Assembly (NCBI GenBank): GCA_039588275.1
Contig: JBDHAC010000010.1
Span: forward strand, 40,804 to 104,803
Reading direction: 5' to 3'
DNA: 64,000 nt
Source: Gemmatimonadota bacterium
GTDB taxonomy: Bacteria > Gemmatimonadota > Gemmatimonadetes > Palauibacterales > Palauibacteraceae
The notes under the pieces were generated by a model. That model was given only the letters and a program-made list of their open reading frames with translations, searched no databases and was not told the DNA's origin. The position numbers and the translations under genes were made by a program. Of the stretch, positions 1-8,668 are shown piece after piece. Within the stretch, counting starts at the first letter, position 1. Each line of letters opens with the position of its first letter.

Positions 1-431
1 TTCTTCAGCCTTACTGCGGTCAGCACGCCAACCGCGCCGATTAGCGGGTTCAACAACGCCAGCCACGTAGGCTGCTGCGCGCTCTGCATCGCCTCGAACA
101 TGGCCACGTCGGCCGCTCGAGGCCCGGGGTCTTCAATGCCTCCGGTCAGTTGCGGGAGCGCGAACACGATCCCCAGGACAATCACGACCAACGCGAGTAT
201 GTGGGCCGCCCTCTTCTCTCGGGCAACCGCGAGACAGACCAACCCTCCCAAGACCGCGGCGATGAATCCGAGGACGATGCTGACGACGATCCACAGGGAC
301 GAGATGTCGTACGACCCCGGCTGAAACGAGCCTTCGGTCCCCAGCGCGAGGAAGGCGAGCGAGAAGGTTCCGAAGACCACGACGACCATCACCAGGTAAC
401 CCAGGATCACGCTACCGATCGTCTTACCCAT
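1..431 (-). CDS. Hypothetical membrane protein (about 4 TM), 3' end runs off the window
   Basis: Not in the ORF track (no stop in window). Manual translation from ATG at 431: MGKTIGSVILGYLVMVVVVFGTFSLAFLALGTEGSFQPGSYDISSLWIVVSIVLGFIAAVLGGLVCLAV...; AAGGAG RBS upstream; open to base 1. Confidence 0.8.
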   Translation of the reverse strand, partial: MGKTIGSVILGYLVMVVVVFGTFSLAFLALGTEGSFQPGSYDISSLWIVVSIVLGFIAAVLGGLVCLAVAREKRAAHILALVVIVLGIVFALPQLTGGIEDPGPRAADVAMFEAMQSAQQPTWLALLNPLIGAVGVLTAVRLK

Positions 432-638
432 GACCTGCGCTCCTTGCCGAGGAAACGGGAACCGGTTGAGCCACGGAACGCCGCTCGCGGGACAACGATG
501 CACGCCGATCATTCGACGCGCCATGGCTCCGCCCGTGATAATGTCATCTCTCTGCCATCAGCCTGCCTCGCGGTAATCCGTCCAAGGGGGCTACTGAGAG
601 ATGCGGGATCCATCGAGAGAGCAATCACGGGAGGACCC

Positions 639-1208
639 ATGAGCGAGGACATCCATTCGAGCGGCGCCCTGAGTCGTCACGATCTGGAGGCGCTGCGCTT
701 CCCCATCGGGCGGTTCTCACCCCGGGACGACTTCACCGCCGATGACCGGGCGGCGTTATGGAACGAGATCGCCGCTGCGCCCACCGATCTGCGGGCGGCC
801 GTGGACGGGCTCGAGGAGGCGCAACTCGACACCGCCTATCGCCCCGGAGGGTGGACGATCCGACAGGTCGTGCACCACGTTCCGGACAGCCACCTGAACA
901 GTTACATGCGGTTCAAGCTGACGGTGACGGAAGATGTCCCGACGATCCGAACGTACGACGAGGCGGCCTGGGGTGAGCTGGAGGACGCCCGCCACGCGCC
1001 CATCGACGTGTCGCTCGACCTGCTCGATGCGCTCCACGCCCGATGGGTGCCCTGGCTTCGCTCGCTCTCGGACGACGACTACCGTCGCCGGCTCGACCAC
1101 CCCGAGTGGGGCGAGATGAACCTCGACGTGCTCCTCCAACTGTATGCGTGGCACGGGGCGCATCACGTGGCCCACATCACATCGCTTCGTGAACGGATGG
1201 TCTGGTGA
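639..1208 (+). CDS. YfiT/BstA-family bacillithiol transferase / DinB-superfamily metal-dependent protein
   Basis: Motifs LRFPIG, WTIRQVVHHVPDSH, YAWHGAHHVAHI (three His ligands); GGAGG RBS before ATG 639 (the ORF-track start at 150 is over-extended). Confidence 0.9.
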   Translation: MSEDIHSSGALSRHDLEALRFPIGRFSPRDDFTADDRAALWNEIAAAPTDLRAAVDGLEEAQLDTAYRPGGWTIRQVVHHVPDSHLNSYMRFKLTVTEDVPTIRTYDEAAWGELEDARHAPIDVSLDLLDALHARWVPWLRSLSDDDYRRRLDHPEWGEMNLDVLLQLYAWHGAHHVAHITSLRERMVW

Positions 1209-1215
1209 CTGAACC

Positions 1216-2970
1216 GTGGCTGAACGAATCGGGCCCGATCGTGTCGCCTCCGATCATGGCGTGGCTCCCGTGATCCCACCATCAGGCGACGGATCTCTCG
1301 GGGACCTGCGCCGTCTCCTCCAGAGCGTCGACGGCCAGGGGTACCGAGCCTACAAGCGGGCCAAAGGTGCATGGCGGGGGGATGACTTCACGCTCCACAT
1401 CGACCACGTGCAAGGAGATCCGTTCGCGACGCCCAGCAAGCTTCGGCTCTGCCTCTCTCCCGACGTTCACGGCATCCCTGACGAGGCCTGGTCGACCGCA
1501 GCACGCAGGATCGGGTCCTGCGACTTCTTGCTGCGGACTTTCAAGCGCGCGTGCGAGGCTCTCCCGCGTGTCGGTGGCTCCGGCAAATCGGGGCTGGTGC
1601 TCGTCAGCGTCGACAGCCCCATCGTGGTGGAGCGCGCCGGTTGCTCCATCGATGCGGAGGGACTCACGCTCCGTTTCAGAGTGGGTTTGCCCGCCGCCGG
1701 ACGCCGCTGCCTCGGACGCTCGGCTGCCGACCTCCTCACGCAGCATCTTCCGCGCGCGTTCGAGACGGTGCGCTGGGGCCACGTCGATCAGGAGCTCGCG
1801 TGGAGCTGGATCCGGACCACGGAAGATCAGGACCATCTACAGGCGTGCCTCGCGGATCACGGCCTCGTCGCGTTCGTACGCGACGGGAGCATCCTCCCCC
1901 GAAAGAGCGGTGTGAGCAGCGACCCGCTCGCGGGAGCGCTGCCCTTCGAGGGTCCGCCCGAGCTGCGAGTCACCCTCGGCACTCTGCACCACGGCGAGGT
2001 CGAGGGAATGGGGATCCCTGCCGGGGTCACGGTCGTCACGGGGGGAGGCTTCCACGGCAAGACCACCCTGCTCGAGGCACTGCAGTTCGGGGTGTTCCCG
2101 CACGCTCCCGGAGACGGACGCGAGTGGACGGTGACGGTCGCGGACGCGGTCAAAGTCCGCAGCGAGGATGGCCGAGCCGTGTCGGGCGTAGATCTGCGGC
2201 CCTTCATCCACGATCTGCCCCTCGCCCGTGACACGGTGAGCTTCTCCACGGCGGACGCATCGGGGAGCACGAGCCTCGCGGCCGACATCATGGAAGCGCT
2301 GGAAGCGGGCACCTCGCTTTTGTTGATGGACGAGGACACGTGCGCCACAAACCTGATGGTCCGCGACGCCCGCATGCAGGAATTGGTCGAGCGTGAGACG
2401 ATCACCCCGCTGATCGACCGCGTGCAAGAGCTCCTCGAGCTGGGGGTGAGCACGATCCTCGTGACCGGTGGTGGGGGTGACTACCTAGACGTGGCGGACA
2501 CCGTGCTTCTCATGGAGGAGTACCGAGCGCGGCTCGTCACGGAGTCGGCCCGGCGAGTAGCGGCGCAGCACCCTACCGGCCGACGAATCGGAGAGCCCGA
2601 CCACCCGCTCCGCGCGACTCACCGCATCCCTCGGCCGGAGAGCTTCGACCCACGTCGTCGGGATGGGAAGATTGCCATCAAGACTCGCGGCGCCGACGCT
2701 ATCCAGTTCGGGGGTGCTGAGCTGGAATTGGGCGCCGTGGAACAGCTCGCCGACTACGGTCAGACCCGAGCCATCGGCGCGCTACTCGCGGAGCTCCAAT
2801 CACGGTGCGACGGCACCAAGCGGGTGGGCGAGCTCGTCCACGACGCCGTCCGGCGCGCCCGCGAGGAAGGCCTGATCGCGATCGAGCCCAGCCCCGAGTT
2901 GGCCATGCCCCGGCCACAGGAGCTGGCCAAGGCTCTCAATCGTCTCCGCTCCCTCCGAATCCTGCCCTAG
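1216..2970 (+). CDS. ABC-class ATPase domain protein (PF09818-like, MRB1590 homologue family)
   Basis: HVQGDPFA and GSGKSG N-terminal motifs, Walker A GGGFHGKT, EDGR, ASGSTS, Walker B LLLMDEDT, C-terminal LNRLR. Confidence 0.85.
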   Translation: MAERIGPDRVASDHGVAPVIPPSGDGSLGDLRRLLQSVDGQGYRAYKRAKGAWRGDDFTLHIDHVQGDPFATPSKLRLCLSPDVHGIPDEAWSTAARRIGSCDFLLRTFKRACEALPRVGGSGKSGLVLVSVDSPIVVERAGCSIDAEGLTLRFRVGLPAAGRRCLGRSAADLLTQHLPRAFETVRWGHVDQELAWSWIRTTEDQDHLQACLADHGLVAFVRDGSILPRKSGVSSDPLAGALPFEGPPELRVTLGTLHHGEVEGMGIPAGVTVVTGGGFHGKTTLLEALQFGVFPHAPGDGREWTVTVADAVKVRSEDGRAVSGVDLRPFIHDLPLARDTVSFSTADASGSTSLAADIMEALEAGTSLLLMDEDTCATNLMVRDARMQELVERETITPLIDRVQELLELGVSTILVTGGGGDYLDVADTVLLMEEYRARLVTESARRVAAQHPTGRRIGEPDHPLRATHRIPRPESFDPRRRDGKIAIKTRGADAIQFGGAELELGAVEQLADYGQTRAIGALLAELQSRCDGTKRVGELVHDAVRRAREEGLIAIEPSPELAMPRPQELAKALNRLRSLRILP

Positions 2971-2985
2971 CGCGAGCCACCGGGC

Positions 2986-3064
2986 TCCGGCCCCGCCAGC
3001 GTTCGGCCCCACCAGCATCCGGCCCGCGTCCGGCCCCCTCAAACCCGCATCCTGCCCCCCTGCG
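2986..3064. repeat. Degenerate tandem C-rich repeat (T-C/T-CGGCCCC-core, 5 units of 11-21 bp)
   Basis: TCCGGCCCCGCCAGCG / TTCGGCCCCACCAGCA / TCCGGCCCGCG / TCCGGCCCCCTCAAACCCGCA / TCCTGCCCCCCTGCG read directly. Confidence 0.5.
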
Positions 3065-3256
3065 TGGCAACCTGAGCGACCACCGACGGCATGCCGTCCC
3101 GCATATCTCCATGTCGCGCGGTCAGTTGTAACACGGCCCCGAAACTTGCAGCAGGACCCCCCGCGCGCCGACCGGATCGGATGGGGAGGTCGAGGCCGCG
3201 GGAGGCCGGCCCACGGCGCGCGAGGACTCAGAGAGAATACGTAGAGCGGAGTTCGG

Positions 3257-5245
3257 ATGGACCTGCTTACCGTACTGGTGGTCTTTGTGGCCCTGGTCTG
3301 GGGCACGAGACTGCTCGTCCTCACGACCGTTTGGCTGAGGCTTCGCCGCCTGCGGCTGCGTACGGCGAGAGTCGAGGTGTGTGATCCTGCCGAGCTACCG
3401 CACGAGATCGATTCGCTGTTCGAGGTAGCCGGTCAGCATTTCGAAGAGCTCGGCTTCGTGTTCTCGCACGCCCAGTGGACCGATGCCGTCGTGACGACCG
3501 AGGGCCGCCGCCCGTATCACGTCTTCCACCACCCATGGACCGGGACGTATGCAACCGTCGGCCCCCCACTCCCCGGGACCGGCGAGCGCGCGTTCCAGGC
3601 AGGATTCTCGACCGCCTTCGACGACGGAACCGTGGTCGCCACCTTCGACGGCGTCGAGCATCTCGCACTCTCGCTTCCCCCATGCTGGGAGAGCCACGAC
3701 CACCGGCTGAATGACCTGGACCGGCAGTGGGAGCGTCACGAGGCCGCTATCCGGGAGCGGCTCACCGCGCATGAGACCGTGAGCTACTCTCCGGCGGAAT
3801 TCGCGGCCCGGGAAGAGTTCATGCTAGCGGCGACCCTGGCGTTTTGGGAGGAGAAATGTTGGATCGCTCGCGGCCGCGCCGACGGTGGGGGCAGAGCCGG
3901 CGCGAGCTGGCGTATCGTCTCCGCGGCTGCGTGGAGCTTCGCCCGCAGGCTAGTTGCGGAGAACCGGCGGATCGCAAAGCTCCAGCGGGCAGAACGGATC
4001 GAAACGGCCGCCGCACACCGCGTCGAGCGAGGCGCAGTCATGCCGGCGGTAGGACCCGCAGCGGTCACCGCCGCGCGACCGGCGGCGGAGCGCATCAGCG
4101 CGCCTTGGCCCGCGGAGGTGCAGGGACGCGCCGACCGTGACGTGGTCGAGGGTGGGATCGAGGGAAACGCTACGGCCGCGAGTTCCGAATCGGCATCCGA
4201 GCGAGAGGCGCACGCCGCCGCGATGGCCTGGGAGTTCGAGTACCTGCGCGAGGCGAAGGAGAGGCAGCGCCGCCCCCTGTTCGGCAAGGCACTCATCTTC
4301 GTCGTGAGCACCGTCCTGTTCGCGCTCGCGCTCGGATGGTTCGCGTCCTGGAGATTGGTGGGGTTCATCTTCGTGGCCGTGCTCATTCACGAGCTCGGTC
4401 ACCTCGTCGGGATGACCGTGTTCGGATACAAGGACCGGCAGATCCTCTTCCTTCCCCTCTTGGGCGCGGCTACGGTCGGCCGGAATCCGGGAGCGAGCGC
4501 CTGGCAGCGCACTGTCGTCTATCTGCTGGGTCCGGTGCCGGGTCTGATACTCGGCGTCACCTGCCTCTTCCTCTTCTATGGGGGTGGGGCATCCTGGTGG
4601 CTGGAGTTCGGTCTCGTGGTGCTCGTCATCAACTACCTGAACCTGCTTCCTTTCGTACCGCTCGACGGAGGCCGCGTGGTCGAGACCCTGATCCTGGGGC
4701 GCTTCCCTCGAGCGCAGGCGGTCTTCTTGGGGGTCGGAGCCATGGCGTTCGCCTGGGTGGCCTGGCGCTTCGGTGATCCGGTACTGGGGGTGCTGGCCCT
4801 CATCCTCGCGGGAGCGCTCCCCGCCAAGTGGCGCTGGGCCGAGGCCGTGAGACGGATCACTCCGCGCATGCCGAGGGACGCCGGGCGCGCGGAAAAGCTG
4901 AAAGCCGTGTTCGAAACGCTGTGTGAGCCCCCGTTCGGAGCGATACCGGCCGCGACCCGGATCGGGATGGCCGACGGCATTCTCGAGCACCTCGAGTCCC
5001 GCAGGCCGACGCTGGCGACGGCCGTCGCCGGTACGATGTTGTACGGCGCGCTCCTCATCATTCCGTTCACGCTCGCGACGCCCTATCTGTTCATCGGCGG
5101 AGAGGGGGCTGCCGTCGAGGAGACGCTGGAGGCGGCGCAGGATCCTCAGCCCGACCAGGCCTCGTTCCTGCTGCGAGACGGGCCACCCGTCTCCGCTCTG
5201 TCACGCGATGGTGATGCGATCCCGCGTCGCAGGGGCGTCGAGTAG
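3257..5245 (+). CDS. Site-2 protease (M50) family intramembrane zinc metalloprotease with long N-terminal extension
   Basis: HELGH within a TM segment, LLGP, NLLPFVPLDGG motif; several TM helices; about 330-aa N-terminal region. Confidence 0.88.
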   Translation: MDLLTVLVVFVALVWGTRLLVLTTVWLRLRRLRLRTARVEVCDPAELPHEIDSLFEVAGQHFEELGFVFSHAQWTDAVVTTEGRRPYHVFHHPWTGTYATVGPPLPGTGERAFQAGFSTAFDDGTVVATFDGVEHLALSLPPCWESHDHRLNDLDRQWERHEAAIRERLTAHETVSYSPAEFAAREEFMLAATLAFWEEKCWIARGRADGGGRAGASWRIVSAAAWSFARRLVAENRRIAKLQRAERIETAAAHRVERGAVMPAVGPAAVTAARPAAERISAPWPAEVQGRADRDVVEGGIEGNATAASSESASEREAHAAAMAWEFEYLREAKERQRRPLFGKALIFVVSTVLFALALGWFASWRLVGFIFVAVLIHELGHLVGMTVFGYKDRQILFLPLLGAATVGRNPGASAWQRTVVYLLGPVPGLILGVTCLFLFYGGGASWWLEFGLVVLVINYLNLLPFVPLDGGRVVETLILGRFPRAQAVFLGVGAMAFAWVAWRFGDPVLGVLALILAGALPAKWRWAEAVRRITPRMPRDAGRAEKLKAVFETLCEPPFGAIPAATRIGMADGILEHLESRRPTLATAVAGTMLYGALLIIPFTLATPYLFIGGEGAAVEETLEAAQDPQPDQASFLLRDGPPVSALSRDGDAIPRRRGVE

Positions 5246-5250
5246 CCCGG

Positions 5251-6372
5251 CTAGAACCCGCCCGGCCGGACGATGAGATCGGGACCCATCTCCCGCAGCT
5301 CGTGCGGAGAGGTGGCACCGCACAGACCCATCGCGGTGTCGGTCTCGGCCCGCAGGAGCTCCAGGACGCGAACGACGCCGTCCTCGCCGTCCACGGCAAG
5401 CCCCCACAGGATGGGGCGGCCGACGCACACCGCGTCCGCCCCCATGGCCAGCGCCTTGACCACGTCCGTACCACGACGGATCCCACCGTCCAATAGGACC
5501 GAAAACTCGGCCGACTCTCGGCTGTCGCGAGCGAGTGCCTCGCGCGCGGCCTCGGTCACCTCCGGCAGCGCCGAGATGGTCGCGACCGACGTATCCAGCT
5601 GGCGTCCGCCGTGGTTGGAGACGATCACGCCCGCCGCCCCATGCTCGATCGCGAGGCACGCATCGGCGGCGTGTACGACGCCCTTTATCAGGACGGGTAG
5701 ATCGGTGAGGCTGGCAAGCCACTCGACGTGCTCCCACGACAGCTCCGGATCGAACATCTCGGCCACGTAGGCCGCGAGACCGGAGTCAGCGTCCGCAGCC
5801 CCGAGGCGGCTCATGTCGCCCCTGAGGTTGGGCATCGAGAGTCCTTCGAGCAGCTGGAAGCGGTTTCTCACGTCCCGCTCGCGCACGCCCCAAAGCTGGG
5901 CATCCACCGTCAGCACGATCGCCGTATACCCTGCGGCCTCCGCTCGCCGCACCAGATCTGCCGTCGCCTCGCGGTCACGATAGAAGTAGAGCTGAAACCA
6001 CGCCGGCCCGCCCGCAACCGCCCTCACCTCCTCCATGGCCGTTGTGGAGAGCGTGCTCAGGATCAGGATGGTCCCGGTTCGGTCGGCTCCCCGCGCCGTG
6101 GCCAGCTCGCCCTCTTCACATGCCAGCCGGTGGAACGCAGTGGGTGCGACGAGGATCGGCATCGACACCTCCTGACCGAAGATCGATGTTGACAGATCAC
6201 GTCCGCTGATATCTCGTAACACACGATATCGTAGTGTGATGCGGCTGTACGCCTCACGGTTGTCCCGCAACGTGATCTCGTCGTCCGACCCGCCGGCGTA
6301 GTAATCGAAGGCCATCTGCGGGAGCTTGTCTCGAGCGGCAGATTCGTAGTCGAACAGGTTGATCGGATCCAT
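5251..6372 (-). CDS. FMN-dependent alpha-hydroxy acid oxidase/dehydrogenase (glycolate oxidase/Hmo/lactate oxidase family)
   Basis: DYYAGG, APTAF, WFQLY, LTVD, IKG, SNHGGRQLD, DGGIRRGTD, GRP motifs; start re-called at MDPINL (6372). Confidence 0.93.
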   Translation of the reverse strand: MDPINLFDYESAARDKLPQMAFDYYAGGSDDEITLRDNREAYSRITLRYRVLRDISGRDLSTSIFGQEVSMPILVAPTAFHRLACEEGELATARGADRTGTILILSTLSTTAMEEVRAVAGGPAWFQLYFYRDREATADLVRRAEAAGYTAIVLTVDAQLWGVRERDVRNRFQLLEGLSMPNLRGDMSRLGAADADSGLAAYVAEMFDPELSWEHVEWLASLTDLPVLIKGVVHAADACLAIEHGAAGVIVSNHGGRQLDTSVATISALPEVTEAAREALARDSRESAEFSVLLDGGIRRGTDVVKALAMGADAVCVGRPILWGLAVDGEDGVVRVLELLRAETDTAMGLCGATSPHELREMGPDLIVRPGGF

Positions 6373-6412
6373 GCGAGAGAGACTACGACGTGCCCGGGCA
6401 CGGAGGCCAGTA

Positions 6413-6658
6413 CTAGGACCGCCCGACCGCGCGCGCACCGGCTCGGCGAGCGGCGAGCTCGACGTATATGGCGTATGCCGTCGGCAGGGGAAGCTCGAGA
6501 GAGTGATGGCGCAGTCCACACAGGTGGAACTCGAGGACCCGCCCGATCTGCTCCTCCACCTCCGGTCGCGTACACGCCGTGGCGACGCAGCCATCGAAGT
6601 CCGGGCAGTGCGCCGAGTATCCGGACTCGGTCTTCTCGATCACGACGAGATACCTCAT
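6413..6658 (-). CDS. HicB-family antitoxin-like protein (short form, no DNA-binding domain)
   Basis: MRYLVVIEKTESGYSAHCPDFDGCVAT..T..E...I..V.EFHL.GL pattern typical of the HicB partial RNase H fold; GAGG RBS. Confidence 0.8.
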   Translation of the reverse strand: MRYLVVIEKTESGYSAHCPDFDGCVATACTRPEVEEQIGRVLEFHLCGLRHHSLELPLPTAYAIYVELAARRAGARAVGRS

Positions 6659-6788
6659 GTGGCCTGAATCCTCTCTCGGGAATCGGACGTCTGGCTGACA
6701 CGAGGGATGACCAGGCGGCTCAATCACTCATCAAACGGGTACACGGGGGCCAGGCGAGAGAGCGAGCCAGATCCAGAGGAGGATCAAC

Positions 6789-7379
6789 GTGAGATCGGGA
6801 ATCGGCGCCGCGGGAATGGCCCTGATCGCGCTCCTGGTGGCGGTGCCCCTGACAGGTCAGGGGCGGCCGAGCAGCGATCGAGCCTCCGCCCCGATTCGAA
6901 TCAGCGGAGGCAAGGTGCGGATCGGGAGCCAGCCCGCCGGATCGCTCCGCAGCCTCTCGGACCGCGGAGGGCTGGCGCGGGTCATCCGCGGCCGGCTCGA
7001 GCGCGTAGGGGACGCTCGCTCGAATCGGTTCGGGCCTGACGCCGGTGAGCTCGGTCGATCAGGGCGCCGAGGCCGACCGCTGCGCGGTGCGTATTACGAC
7101 CCCTACGGCTACTACCGCGACTTCCGCTATCGCAGCTCCGGAGAGGAGGGACCGCGCTACGACGCCCGACGCCTCCTTCCGACTTTCGGCCGCCCCGAGC
7201 CACGGACGCTCGGCCGCGCCTACAATCTCCAGGGATCACCGAGCTACACGCCGATTCGCACGCACGGCGAAGGGTTCGTGCGAGCCGGCTTCCGCCTCCG
7301 ACCGCTCCTCCTACCGACCCTCGTCATCTTTGCGCCGTATCCGGTATGGCGCGGGAGCCTGTTCGACGGCCGACGATAG
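6789..7379 (+). CDS. Hypothetical exported Arg/Gly/Tyr-rich protein
   Basis: GAGGAGG RBS before GTG; signal-like N-terminus (MALIALLVAVPLTGQ); no recognisable family. Confidence 0.55.
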   Translation: MRSGIGAAGMALIALLVAVPLTGQGRPSSDRASAPIRISGGKVRIGSQPAGSLRSLSDRGGLARVIRGRLERVGDARSNRFGPDAGELGRSGRRGRPLRGAYYDPYGYYRDFRYRSSGEEGPRYDARRLLPTFGRPEPRTLGRAYNLQGSPSYTPIRTHGEGFVRAGFRLRPLLLPTLVIFAPYPVWRGSLFDGRR

Positions 7380-8573
7380 CCGCCCCTCCGGCCCCCGGGG
7401 CCGAACCGGCTCGAGGGAGGCGCCTCGCGGCAGGCGCGTCGCGAATGCCGGGATGACGTAGTCGTCGAAGAAGTCCCGTATCCTTCGCGTGTGCCCGCGC
7501 TGCCTGCGGTTGAGCGATGAGGTGACCACGGCCACCAGATCCAGCCGCGGGACGACGACTACGTACTGTCCACCGTATCCCCAAGCGAAGTGGGCGATCT
7601 CCCCGCCCCAATCGTCCATCCACCACAGATAGCCGTATCGGTGGCCGTTCCACGGCGATCGGTTCCTCGGTTGCCAGGACAGATCGATCCACTGCTCCGG
7701 GACGAGCTGCTCGCCGGCGTATTGCCCGCCATCCAGAAAGAGCTGACCGAACTTGAGCAGGTCCCGTGGCCGCATAGCCATGTTGTTACCGCCGAGGTAG
7801 TAGCCCTGCGGGTCCCGATCCCATTCGTAGAGCGGGATGCCGAGCGGACGGAAGAGGACCTCACGCGCATACGCCCGCAAGCTCTTTCCGGATCGTCTCG
7901 ACAGGATCACCGAGACGAGGTGTGTGTTGCCGGTCGAGTAATCCCAACAGCGCCCGGGATCGCACTCCATCGGTCGGCGGAGCGCGTCCCATGTCCAGTT
8001 CCTCGACGACACCCACGCCCCGTAGTTACCGAAGCTCGTCCCCTCGATGCCGGTCGTCATGCTCAACAGATTATGCAGCGTGACGCTCCGCTTGCGAGGA
8101 TCGAGACGCCCGTTCGCCTCGAGCTGATCGAACGTCTCGGGCAGGAGCTCATCGATCGTTTGCTCCGGGCCCTCGAGAAGGCCATCCCGAATGGCGATAC
8201 CGACCAGGGGCGACAGGAGCGTCTTCGACACGGACTTCACGTTCACCGCGCGATCGGCGCGCATGCCGCGGTAGTAGTTCTCCACCACCACCTCCCCCCG
8301 GCGTGACACGAGAAGACTGGATAGCGGCGTGAGCTGCCCGGCTCGCTCCAGCATGCGCTCGAGCAGATCCGGATCGTAGTACGCGGACACGTCGGGGGTA
8401 TCTACCGCGATCGCCGCGGTCGTCGGGACGCGAGCGGTAGTGCCCCGATCCATCGGCGAGCTGCCGGCCTCCTGAGCGAGGGCGGTCACCGCCAGCAGGG
8501 TAGCTGAGAGGACGCCGAGGGCGGCCCAGCCGGTCTGCCGACCGCGATATCGAATTGCGTGCGAGATCCTCAT
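7311..8573 (-). CDS. Serine hydrolase, beta-lactamase class C/NylB-like family, exported
   Basis: SVSK (SxxK), LLSMTTG, YSTGN, AWGYGGQ motifs; signal peptide ending ALA-Q; start uncertain (about 8573). Confidence 0.88.
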   Translation of the reverse strand: MRISHAIRYRGRQTGWAALGVLSATLLAVTALAQEAGSSPMDRGTTARVPTTAAIAVDTPDVSAYYDPDLLERMLERAGQLTPLSSLLVSRRGEVVVENYYRGMRADRAVNVKSVSKTLLSPLVGIAIRDGLLEGPEQTIDELLPETFDQLEANGRLDPRKRSVTLHNLLSMTTGIEGTSFGNYGAWVSSRNWTWDALRRPMECDPGRCWDYSTGNTHLVSVILSRRSGKSLRAYAREVLFRPLGIPLYEWDRDPQGYYLGGNNMAMRPRDLLKFGQLFLDGGQYAGEQLVPEQWIDLSWQPRNRSPWNGHRYGYLWWMDDWGGEIAHFAWGYGGQYVVVVPRLDLVAVVTSSLNRRQRGHTRRIRDFFDDYVIPAFATRLPRGASLEPVRPRGPEGRLSSAVEQAPAPYRIRRKDDEGR

Positions 8574-8668
8574 TAAGAGCACACTAGGGAGCGCCGTGGC
8601 GTCAGAAGCAAGTCTGACGATGCGCCGGTCCACGTTGCGGGCGCGAGCCTGCGCCCCCAGATCATCGC

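Noticed and set aside
150..638. N-terminal 163-aa extension of the YfiT ORF
   Set aside because: Antisense shadow of the minus-strand membrane gene; the RBS supports ATG 639.
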